From: Gammaproteobacteria bacterium
GTDB taxonomy: Bacteria > Pseudomonadota > Gammaproteobacteria > Eutrophobiales > Eutrophobiaceae
DNA length: 64,000 nucleotides
NCBI GenBank assembly: GCA_963422205.2
Contig: CAXMWX010000007.1
Coordinates: forward strand, 1 to 64,000
Direction: 5' to 3'
Part shown: positions 55,943-64,000 of the stretch, piece after piece
Numbering within the stretch: the stretch's first letter is position 1
Layout: every line of letters begins with the position of its first letter
The notes under the pieces: model-generated
Seen by the model: only the letters and a program-made list of their open reading frames with translations
What the model was told of the DNA's origin: nothing
Database searches by the model: none
Program-made: the position numbers and the translations under genes

Positions 55943-57868
55943 ATGGCTCTTCAATTTGACCTCGCTGGTGACCAAATTGATGGTGCAAGAGACTACCAGG
56001 AGGATGCCTTCCTGATCACGCATCTGACCGATGCCAATGGTAATCCCAGTGCCCTGGTCATCGTGGCTGACGGCATGGGCGGTCATGCGGCCGGTAACGT
56101 TGCCAGTAACATGGCGGTACAGGCATTTAACAAACACGTCTCCAGCCACTACCCGGGCAAAGAGCCAGCAAAAATTCTGCATGAATGCGTGGTCAAGGCC
56201 AACGATTCCATCCAGGCGACCACAGAAGAAACACCGGCGCTCTCCGGCATGGGCTGCACCATGGTCGCCGCTATCCTGGAAGGGGATAAACTCTGGTGGG
56301 CGAGTGTCGGTGACAGCCATGTCTATTTGATCAGGAACAAAGAGTTAATCAAGAAAAATGCGGATCACAGCTATGGCGGCTTTCTGGATCGTATGGCCGC
56401 GGCGGGCAAGCCGGTCCAACCCGAACCCGGCCTTGCCAGAAACATGTTGATGAGTGCCTTAACCGGTGCTGAGATCAATGAGGTGGATGTCTCGGAGGAG
56501 CCGCTTGAGTTACAGGCCGATGATCGCATCCTGTTATGCAGCGATGGCATGGACAGCATCAGCACCAGCAACATCATCCAGCACACTGAATCCTCAGACT
56601 CGCCGAAAGAATGCAGCAAGGCCCTGCTGGATGCCGTTGAAAAGGCCGCCAAGCCGAAACAGGACAACACCACGGCGGTTGTCGTCAATATCACCGAGAG
56701 GGCCGATATAACCGGGCTGGATGATATCAGCCTGCGCCTGGCCACCGACACCACCTGGGGAGCACCCACTGAAACACCGGCGAGCAAGCCTGCGCCTCAG
56801 TCCCGTTTTCGTGACGATGCGCCCGGGGAAGGCAAGAGCAAGGTCGGCTTGATCAGCGGCATCCTCGTGGTGTTGTTGATCGCCGCCGGCGGGGGGTTTT
56901 TTATGCTGCAACAAGGCAAACTCAAACCACCGGCGATCACCCGCAGCACACCAAATGCCGCACCGCCCGCCGATGTGGAAGAAGCAACTGACAAGACGGA
57001 TGCCGCAGATAAGGCGGAAGCTGCCCGCCCCGCCGCCGATACAGCAAAGGCAACCAAGCCCGATAAGCGAAAGGCGGCGACCACAACCAGCAAGAGAACA
57101 GCGGCTAAAGGCAGCAAGGCGGCAAATGCGCCAGGCAGTGAATTTCAGGACACACTCAAAGATGGCAGCAAGGGCCCGATGATGGTATGGATCCCCGCCG
57201 GCACGTTTCAGATGGGCAGCCCCGGCTCCTCACCTCATGCCGAGGAGCGTCCTCGCCATGAGGTGAAAGTCAAGCCGTTCGCACTCAGCAAATATGAGAT
57301 CACCTTTGCCGAGTATGACAAATACGCCAAGGCCAGGGGGCTGCGCCCGCCCAAATCTGCGAATATGAAACGTGACAAGTACCCGGTCATCTTCGTCCGC
57401 TGGGATGATGCCTACAACTACGCCCAGTGGCTGTCTCAGCAAACCGGCCACACCTACCGCCTGCCTTCCGAGGCAGAATGGGAGTATGCCGCCGGTACCG
57501 GTAAAAGATCACCGCACTGGTGGGGCTATAATATCGAGCCCAATCGGGCCCACTGCCAGTTTGGTTGTGAGTCACGCTTCGATCCCAACAGACCCACCCA
57601 GATTGGCAGTTTTCCGGCCAACCGGTTTGGCATACACGACACCGCCGGCAACGTGACCGAATGGGTGGAGGACTGCTGGCATCCAAACTACCAGGGCGCA
57701 CCGACAAACGGCAAGGTCTGGGCTGGCGGCGATTGCGTCTACCGAGTGGTTCGAGGCGGGTCTTATTCCAGCCCGGAGGACTCAATCCGGCACAGCAAAC
57801 GTGACAAGTTCAAATCAAACCAGCGCTACAATGATGTTGGCATTCGGCTGGTACGTGAATTGGAATAA
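55943..57868 (+). CDS. PP2C phosphatase-TM-FGE/sulfatase-modifying domain fusion
   Basis: RDYQED, VADGMGGH, VGDS, CSDG, DNTT; one TM; FGE domain (F.MGS, YRLPSEAEWEYAA, GNVTEW, RGGS, GIRLVRE). Confidence 0.88.
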   Translation: MALQFDLAGDQIDGARDYQEDAFLITHLTDANGNPSALVIVADGMGGHAAGNVASNMAVQAFNKHVSSHYPGKEPAKILHECVVKANDSIQATTEETPALSGMGCTMVAAILEGDKLWWASVGDSHVYLIRNKELIKKNADHSYGGFLDRMAAAGKPVQPEPGLARNMLMSALTGAEINEVDVSEEPLELQADDRILLCSDGMDSISTSNIIQHTESSDSPKECSKALLDAVEKAAKPKQDNTTAVVVNITERADITGLDDISLRLATDTTWGAPTETPASKPAPQSRFRDDAPGEGKSKVGLISGILVVLLIAAGGGFFMLQQGKLKPPAITRSTPNAAPPADVEEATDKTDAADKAEAARPAADTAKATKPDKRKAATTTSKRTAAKGSKAANAPGSEFQDTLKDGSKGPMMVWIPAGTFQMGSPGSSPHAEERPRHEVKVKPFALSKYEITFAEYDKYAKARGLRPPKSANMKRDKYPVIFVRWDDAYNYAQWLSQQTGHTYRLPSEAEWEYAAGTGKRSPHWWGYNIEPNRAHCQFGCESRFDPNRPTQIGSFPANRFGIHDTAGNVTEWVEDCWHPNYQGAPTNGKVWAGGDCVYRVVRGGSYSSPEDSIRHSKRDKFKSNQRYNDVGIRLVRELE

Positions 57869-57899
57869 TGCCCTGCAAGCCACTCGGTGCGGCACAGGG

Positions 57900-59282
57900 T
57901 TATCGGCTATCAGAAAAACATGCCGTATCTTTTGAACACGCCGCCCGGCGTAACAGATACCAGACCAGCACAATCGCTGGCAGGCCGATACAGGCGGCAT
58001 ATAAAAAGAACCAGGCATACCCCACGGCATCAACAATGACGCCGGAAAACCCGCCGATAAACTTGCCGGGCAGGGTCATGATTGAACTGAATATCGCATA
58101 CTGTGTGGCGGTGTAGTTCGTATTCGTCAGGCTTGACAGATAGGCGATAAAAACAGTTGATGCAAAGCCGCCACTGATATTATCGAATGCGATCACCATC
58201 GCCAGTTTAACAAGACTCGGGCTGGTGACAGACAGCCAGATGAACAATAAATTCGTCACCGGAATGATGATAGCCCCCAGCAGCAACGGATACATCAAAC
58301 CGTATCTGACCACAGTCAGCCCACCCAGCAGCCCGCCTGCAATCAGCATCAGCCAGCCAAATACCTTGGCCACCTCGCCTATTTGAATCTCCGAGAAGCC
58401 CAGATCGATGTATAAAGGATAGGCCATCACTCCCATGGTAATGTCGCTGATTCGGTAACACCCTATCAAGGCAAGAATAGCGAGCGCCATCCAGCGATTG
58501 CGCTTGAAAAAATCGACAAACGGACTGATAACCGCCACCACAAACCAGGTGTGCACGCTGGTGAGCAACGTTTGCTGGTGTCTCACGCCCAGCTTTTCTG
58601 CCAGCACCGCTTCTCCCATCAGCGTCTCATCCGAGGGCCTGTGCACCGGTTCGGAAATCAGCAGGGCCGTGATCACACCCACCGCCATGCACAGCCCCAT
58701 GCAATGATAGGCCACCGGCCAGGAACTGCTGCCCGCCAGATACAAGGCCACATAGCCGCCGACCAGCACCGCCCCCAGGCGATAGCCGATCACATAATTG
58801 GCCGACATGGCCCCCTGATACAGGGTATCTGCGGCCTCAATCCGCCAGGCATCAATGCTGATGTCCTGCGTTGCCGAGCCAAACGCAACGATGAGCGCAT
58901 ACACGGCAAACAGCGTCAGGTGGTTAAGCGGGTCGGTGAGTGCCATCGCTGTCAGACCTGCTGCGATCAACAGTTGCCCCAGCAACATCCACGACCGGCG
59001 CTTGCCAAGCAGCCGGGTAAGCACCGGCACGGGCAGCGTGTCGATGACTGGCGCCCAGATAAATTTGATGGAATAGGTGATACCGATCCAGCTAAAAAAA
59101 CCGATCGTGGTCTTCTCAACCCCCAGCCTGGCCAGCCAGGCGGACAGCGTGGAGAACACCAGCGGAAATGGCAGGCCGGCAGAGAACCCCAAAAACAACA
59201 TCGTTATCACCTGCGGGCGCGTATAGGTGTGAAAAGCCGCCCGCCAGGTTTGGCGATGGTTATCAGCTTGGGCTGATGACAT
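57900..59282 (-). CDS. ampG: AmpG-like muropeptide MFS permease
   Basis: LGFSAGLP, KFIWAP..D, SATQDI.IDAWRIE, ATQYA. Confidence 0.88.
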   Translation of the reverse strand: MSSAQADNHRQTWRAAFHTYTRPQVITMLFLGFSAGLPFPLVFSTLSAWLARLGVEKTTIGFFSWIGITYSIKFIWAPVIDTLPVPVLTRLLGKRRSWMLLGQLLIAAGLTAMALTDPLNHLTLFAVYALIVAFGSATQDISIDAWRIEAADTLYQGAMSANYVIGYRLGAVLVGGYVALYLAGSSSWPVAYHCMGLCMAVGVITALLISEPVHRPSDETLMGEAVLAEKLGVRHQQTLLTSVHTWFVVAVISPFVDFFKRNRWMALAILALIGCYRISDITMGVMAYPLYIDLGFSEIQIGEVAKVFGWLMLIAGGLLGGLTVVRYGLMYPLLLGAIIIPVTNLLFIWLSVTSPSLVKLAMVIAFDNISGGFASTVFIAYLSSLTNTNYTATQYAIFSSIMTLPGKFIGGFSGVIVDAVGYAWFFLYAACIGLPAIVLVWYLLRRAACSKDTACFSDSR

Positions 59283-59292
59283 GGGCTGGCAA

Positions 59293-60999
59293 CTAGCTGC
59301 CGCTTAACTCTGCTTCGCTCATGTGATGTTTAGGATCGACCGGGTGCATCAAGGCATTGCTGATCAAGGCCACAGCCAGCAAAGTCGCCATGAGATACAT
59401 CGTGCTGTTGTAGATACTGGCGGTCGGATCAATCGTCCCCGGCGGGGCGATCTCCATCAGCCTTGCGATGGTGACGGTTTTTGCCTCTATCAATTCCTGT
59501 AATTTATTGACACCGGCCCCAAACGTTGCCTGAAATACCACCGGGTCTATCCTGGTCACCAAATCATGGATCGCCTTCGATACCGAGTGCTCACGTAACG
59601 AGGTGATGGCCAGCGGCCCGATGAAGCCGGCCGTACTCCAGGCAGTCAATAACCGGCCATGAATACCGCCGACATAGCGGGTGCCAAAAATATCCGCCAG
59701 ATACGCCGGGATGGTCGCAAAGCCGCCGCCATACATGGTGAAAATCAGCATCGTTGCCGCATAAAAATACACCAGCCACACCACCGCCGGGCTGACGCTT
59801 ACCTGGCTGGCAGTAAAAGGGATAGAGCAATACAGCACAATGCCGAGGGCGAAGAAGATCCAGTAAGTGTTTCGCCGGCCGATATAATCGGACGTACTGG
59901 CCCAAAAGAAACGGCCCAGCATATTAAACACGCTGATCATGATCACATAAGTGGCGGCAAACGAGCCATTGACGATATGCGGCAAGGTGGTGCCGAATAT
60001 CTCATTCATCATGGTCTTTGCCACGCCCAGCACGCCGATGCCAGCGGTCACATTAAAACACAACACGATCCACAACTGCCAGAATTGCCGGGTCCGCAAT
60101 GCCTCATCGATATCCACGTGGTGCTGCGTCATCATTTTCTTTATCGCCTGGGATTCATCCGGCGGCGTGTAGCCCCTGGGCTGCCAGCCTGCTGCGGGCA
60201 GGCGATAGGAAAATGCGGCAATCATCATGACGATAAAATAAATCACGCCCAGGGTGAAAAAGGTCTGTGCGATGCCCGTTGAGCCAGTACCCACCACATA
60301 CACACCGGTCGGGCCGGGCACCACCATCCTGGCGATCTCATTTGCACCGATAACCACCACCTCCTGCATCTGCCCGGCAACCTCGGCAAACCGCCTGCCC
60401 GCCTCGGTCGTGACCTGCACATCGGCAATCTGGCCGAGATACGCAGGCGCCTGGTAGTAGGAGGTAATCAAAAACTCCTTCAGCGGTGCGCCGATCATGG
60501 CACCACCACCAAAACCCATGATCGCCATGCCAGTGGCCATGCCGCGCCGGTCGGGAAACCAGCGAATCAGCGTACTCACCGGCGAGACATAGCCCAGCCC
60601 CAGCCCACAGCCACCGATCACCCCGTAACCCAGATATAACAGCCACAACTGGCCGCTGATGATGCCAATGCCTCCAATGATAAACCCCCCACCCCAGCAG
60701 ACAGCCGCCACCACGCCCACCATCCTCGGCCCCACCTGTTCCAGCCACCGGCCCGCCAGGGCGGCGGCCAGCCCAAGACAAACGATGGACACCGTAAAAA
60801 CCCAGACCACGCTCTTCAGCGTCCAGTCATCGGCGGCACTGCTGACCACGCCAAGCCGTTTGATCAACGCCGGATTAAAGATGCTCCAGGCATACACCGA
60901 GCCGATGCACAAGTGAATACCGAGCGCAGCCGGCACAATCAGCCAGCGATTAAATTCCGGCTTGGCGATGATGTGTTGTTTGGATAGCCTGCCGACCAT
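59293..60999 (-). CDS. OFA-family MFS transporter (oxalate/formate antiporter-like)
   Basis: HLCIGSVYAWS, WFPDRRGMATG.AIMGFGGG, YGGGFATIPAYLAD.FG. Confidence 0.85.
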   Translation of the reverse strand: MVGRLSKQHIIAKPEFNRWLIVPAALGIHLCIGSVYAWSIFNPALIKRLGVVSSAADDWTLKSVVWVFTVSIVCLGLAAALAGRWLEQVGPRMVGVVAAVCWGGGFIIGGIGIISGQLWLLYLGYGVIGGCGLGLGYVSPVSTLIRWFPDRRGMATGMAIMGFGGGAMIGAPLKEFLITSYYQAPAYLGQIADVQVTTEAGRRFAEVAGQMQEVVVIGANEIARMVVPGPTGVYVVGTGSTGIAQTFFTLGVIYFIVMMIAAFSYRLPAAGWQPRGYTPPDESQAIKKMMTQHHVDIDEALRTRQFWQLWIVLCFNVTAGIGVLGVAKTMMNEIFGTTLPHIVNGSFAATYVIMISVFNMLGRFFWASTSDYIGRRNTYWIFFALGIVLYCSIPFTASQVSVSPAVVWLVYFYAATMLIFTMYGGGFATIPAYLADIFGTRYVGGIHGRLLTAWSTAGFIGPLAITSLREHSVSKAIHDLVTRIDPVVFQATFGAGVNKLQELIEAKTVTIARLMEIAPPGTIDPTASIYNSTMYLMATLLAVALISNALMHPVDPKHHMSEAELSGS

Positions 61000-61263
61000 G
61001 AAGCCCCCTGTTGTGTAATCCCGTTGTTTGGTATGGTTGACTGAGCCTGCCAGAACGACCACCCAGGACGATAGCTGGCAGGATGACAGGGATGTTCAGG
61101 CTGCACCACGATACCCCATTGACTCACACAATCGTCACCTTAACGATAGCGCCGAAAATATCACCGATGCGGGCAGCGTAGTCAAGCGAATACTACCCTG
61201 ACCCTGGTGCGTCTGTCTGTATGCCTCTTTTAGGCGGCAGTGATTCCAGCTCTTGTCTAACCG

Positions 61264-61419
61264 ATGCCTGGCCGTGAGCAGCTGGCAAGGCAAGCCGCTG
61301 ATCATCCAGACAAAATGCACTCCAAAGGGCTGCCGGAAGAGATGATGAACTTCGCCACGCAGCACACCGCCAAAATCCGCCGTGCCTATGAGAAGCTAAA
61401 ACAACAAAGAGCAGGTTAG
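61264..61419 (+). pseudogene. DjlA-like J-domain C-terminal remnant
   Basis: Reads MPGREQLARQAADHPDKMHSKGLPEEMMNFATQHTAKIRRAYEKLKQQRAG*; HPDK..KGLP.EM and AYE match the DjlA C-terminus. Confidence 0.7.
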
Positions 61420-61533
61420 CTGTGCGGCAGGCTTGTCTTTTGCTTTGACCACGGCCATCCGGCCACGTAAAATAGCCTCTTCTAAGTGATTGCCACAGCA
61501 TAAAAGAAGCCCCTAATAGAGTATCCCCTTACC

Positions 61534-62535
61534 ATGCCCCATCCTGCCGATACGCTGGTTGATAACTTTGGCCGCACTGTCACTTACCTTCGCATCTCTG
61601 TGACGGATCGCTGTGATTTTCGCTGCCTCTACTGCATGGATGATGAGATGCAATTCGTGCCAAGGGCGCGCCTGCTCACGCTGGAGGAGCTGACCACCAT
61701 CGCCCGGGCATTCAGCGAGTTGGGGGTGAGCAAAATCCGTATCACCGGCGGTGAGCCGCTGGTCAGGCGCAATATCATCAAGCTGTTTCAGGACATCGGT
61801 CGTTTGCCCGGTGTGCGGGAGTTGGTCACGACCACCAATGGCTCGCAACTGCCCAGGCTGGCCGGGCAACTGCGGGCAGCGGGCGTTGGCCGGATCAACA
61901 TCAGCCTGGATTCGCTACAGGCGGATAAATTTCGGGCGCTCACCCGGGTCGGCGAGTTGGACTCTGTGCTGGCCGGGATCGCCGCGGCACAACAGGCGGG
62001 CTTTGAAAAAATCAAACTCAATTCGGTCATTCTGAAAAACCGAAACCACGAAGAGGTGCTGGATTTAGTGCGCTTCGCCTGTGAACGTGACATGGACATC
62101 AGTTTTATCGAAGAGATGCCGCTGGGGCTTGTCGGCGGGCGCGACCGGGCCGAGGGCTATTACTCCAGCGATGCCATCCGGGCTGATATTGAAAAAGCCT
62201 ACACGCTGCTGCCCACCACGGAGACCACGGGCGGGCCGGCAACGTATTTCAAGCTGGCAGGCCATGCGACCCGCATCGGCTTTATCTCCCCCCACAGCCA
62301 TAATTTCTGCGCCTCCTGCAACCGTGTTCGCCTCACCTGTGAGGGACGCCTGCTGCTTTGTTTAGGGCAGGAACATTCGGTTGATCTGCGCAAGATCATC
62401 CGCACCCATCCGGGCGATGATGCCGCCCTGAAACAGGCGATTCGTGCGGCCATGCAGATCAAGCCGGAAGGACATACATTTGACTTGACCGCCAAGCCGG
62501 TTATTTTTCGCCACATGAATGTCACGGGCGGATAA
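61534..62535 (+). CDS. moaA: GTP 3',8-cyclase
   Basis: CDFRCLYC radical-SAM motif, C-terminal CASCNR...C, ending GG. Confidence 0.96.
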   Translation: MPHPADTLVDNFGRTVTYLRISVTDRCDFRCLYCMDDEMQFVPRARLLTLEELTTIARAFSELGVSKIRITGGEPLVRRNIIKLFQDIGRLPGVRELVTTTNGSQLPRLAGQLRAAGVGRINISLDSLQADKFRALTRVGELDSVLAGIAAAQQAGFEKIKLNSVILKNRNHEEVLDLVRFACERDMDISFIEEMPLGLVGGRDRAEGYYSSDAIRADIEKAYTLLPTTETTGGPATYFKLAGHATRIGFISPHSHNFCASCNRVRLTCEGRLLLCLGQEHSVDLRKIIRTHPGDDAALKQAIRAAMQIKPEGHTFDLTAKPVIFRHMNVTGG

Positions 62536-62538
62536 CCC

Positions 62539-63399
62539 GTGATGCGCCCTATCCCGCAAATGACACAGGCGGGGCTGGAACCGGCGGTGGCCGTGGATGC
62601 CGTGGATGAGTATCAGAATACCCGTGAGTTGCTCATCGCCGATGAACGGCCGTTGACGATTTATATTGATGGCTATGAAATCGTCACCTTGATGACCCTG
62701 GGCAGTCTGCCGGAATTGCTGACCCTGGGCTACCTGAAAAACCAGGGGCTGATTGATGATCTCAGCGACATCAAGGCCATTCAGGTGGACTGGCAGGTGA
62801 ATGCGGCGGCGGTGACAACCAACCGCCCGCGGGCCGACTGGCAGGAACGGCTGGGTTCACGTATCGTCACCACCGGCTGTGGTCAGGGCACGGTGTACAG
62901 CCATATCCTGACACAGCTTGAAGAGCGCATGATCCAGCCACAGCAACTGAAACAGTCTGCGCTGTATACGCTGTTAAAAAACCTGACCGCCTGTAATGCG
63001 GTCTATCGAAATGCCGGTGCGGTGCATGGCTGTGCGCTGTGTGAAGGCACGGATGTGCGGGTGTTTGTTGAGGATGTCGGACGGCATAATGCGGTGGATG
63101 TGATTGCTGGCAAGATGTGGCTGGATGATATCCCGGGGGCAGGTAAGCTGTTCTACACCACGGGCCGGCTGACCTCGGAGATGGTCATGAAAGTGGTACA
63201 GATGGGGATTCCGGCCTTGTTATCACGCTCCGGCATCACGCAGATGGGGCTGAAGCTGGCAAAAGATTTTGGCATCACGCTGCTCTCCCGTGCCAAAGGC
63301 AAGCATTTTCTCATTTATAACGGGGCGGAAAATGTCATCTTTGATGTCTCATTGCCGGCCAAACGGGCCGTCGGCAAGCTGAAAACACCCGCTGCCTGA
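62539..63399 (+). CDS. fdhD: Formate dehydrogenase accessory sulfurtransferase
   Basis: TTGCG, GAVHG, EDVGRHNAVD, TGRLTSEM. Confidence 0.92.
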   Translation: MMRPIPQMTQAGLEPAVAVDAVDEYQNTRELLIADERPLTIYIDGYEIVTLMTLGSLPELLTLGYLKNQGLIDDLSDIKAIQVDWQVNAAAVTTNRPRADWQERLGSRIVTTGCGQGTVYSHILTQLEERMIQPQQLKQSALYTLLKNLTACNAVYRNAGAVHGCALCEGTDVRVFVEDVGRHNAVDVIAGKMWLDDIPGAGKLFYTTGRLTSEMVMKVVQMGIPALLSRSGITQMGLKLAKDFGITLLSRAKGKHFLIYNGAENVIFDVSLPAKRAVGKLKTPAA

Positions 63400-63418
63400 G
63401 CCGAGGCAACAGCAAACT

Positions 63419-64000
63419 GTGGATAAATCGGCGCTGACTGGTGTCATCCTAGCTGGCGGTCGGGCCAGCCGTATGGGCGGTACCGACAAGGGGCTGCTTA
63501 GGTTTGCCGGCCAGCCGTTGATCGAACACACGCTCGCTGCCCTTCGGCCCCAGGTCGGCTCGCTGCTCATCAATGCCAACCGAAATACTGCCCGTTATGC
63601 ACAATATGGCTACCCGGTCATTGCCGATGATCATCAGGGTTATCAGGGCCCGCTGGCGGGTATGGCCCGTTGCCTGGAGATGATCACCAGCGATTACATG
63701 CTCGCCCTGCCCTGCGATTCCCCTTATCTGCCCGCTGATTTGGCGAGAAGGATGTGCATCAGTCTGCAAGCACAACAGGCCGAGATCTGCACCGTCCATA
63801 ACGGCGAGAGATTGCAGCCGGTGTTTGCCTTGATACCCGCCCGCCTGGGGCATTCCCTGCACGCTTATCTCAACTCAGGGCAGCGAAAAATTGATCAATG
63901 GTATGCCCGGCACATGCTGGCCATTGCCGATTTTTCCGATCAGCCCGAGGCTTTCCTGAACATCAATACGCCGGAGGATATCGCCGAGTTGGACGTAAAG
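63419..64000 (+). CDS. mobA: Molybdenum cofactor guanylyltransferase (3' truncated by the window)
   Basis: GTG 63419 reads ..TGVILAGGRASRMGGTDKG..GPLAG..PCDSP..FLNINTPED. Confidence 0.9.
   Translation, partial: MDKSALTGVILAGGRASRMGGTDKGLLRFAGQPLIEHTLAALRPQVGSLLINANRNTARYAQYGYPVIADDHQGYQGPLAGMARCLEMITSDYMLALPCDSPYLPADLARRMCISLQAQQAEICTVHNGERLQPVFALIPARLGHSLHAYLNSGQRKIDQWYARHMLAIADFSDQPEAFLNINTPEDIAELDVK

Noticed and set aside
57100-57868. FGE/CLec domain as a diversity-generating retroelement target
   Set aside because: No reverse transcriptase and no template-repeat copy of its 3' end seen in the window.

Overview
Chromosomal window from a GC-rich Gammaproteobacterium. A marine or host-associated lifestyle is inferred, not shown, from the Uma2 tandem pair, DUF1640-like coiled-coil genes, a large autotransporter and mtoX. 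Layout: (1) 1-13.4 kb core genes: rseA(partial), rpoE, nadB, GGDEF protein, ligA, zipA, smc, queF, cysZ, dksA with a Lys-rich tail, gluQ. (2) 13.4-22.9 kb AT-rich defence island: an intact single-chain R-M-S enzyme, a decayed Type IIG gene (C20 tract, internal deletions, in-frame palindrome), an RloC-like ATPase/HEPN gene split by one amber codon, and an IS5 remnant. (3) 24.8-32.6 kb Rieske oxygenase/CoA-ligase/thiolase catabolic operon resembling the iad type, partly frameshifted. (4) A NERD-helicase pseudogene interrupted by a repeated ~100 bp AT-rich element, then gcdH, two coiled-coil membrane genes, a mosaic autotransporter, an orphan queC 3' end and two Uma2 paralogues. (5) A methanethiol/sulfide oxidation cluster (persulfide dioxygenase, mtoX, SCO-MauG fusion, SQR) beside SAH-riboswitch-led metH. 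(6) CPA2 antiporter, PP2C-FGE fusion, ampG, OFA-type MFS, djlA remnant, moaA, fdhD, mobA(partial). No rRNA, tRNA or CRISPR array was seen. All calls come from reading motifs by eye; no searches were run.
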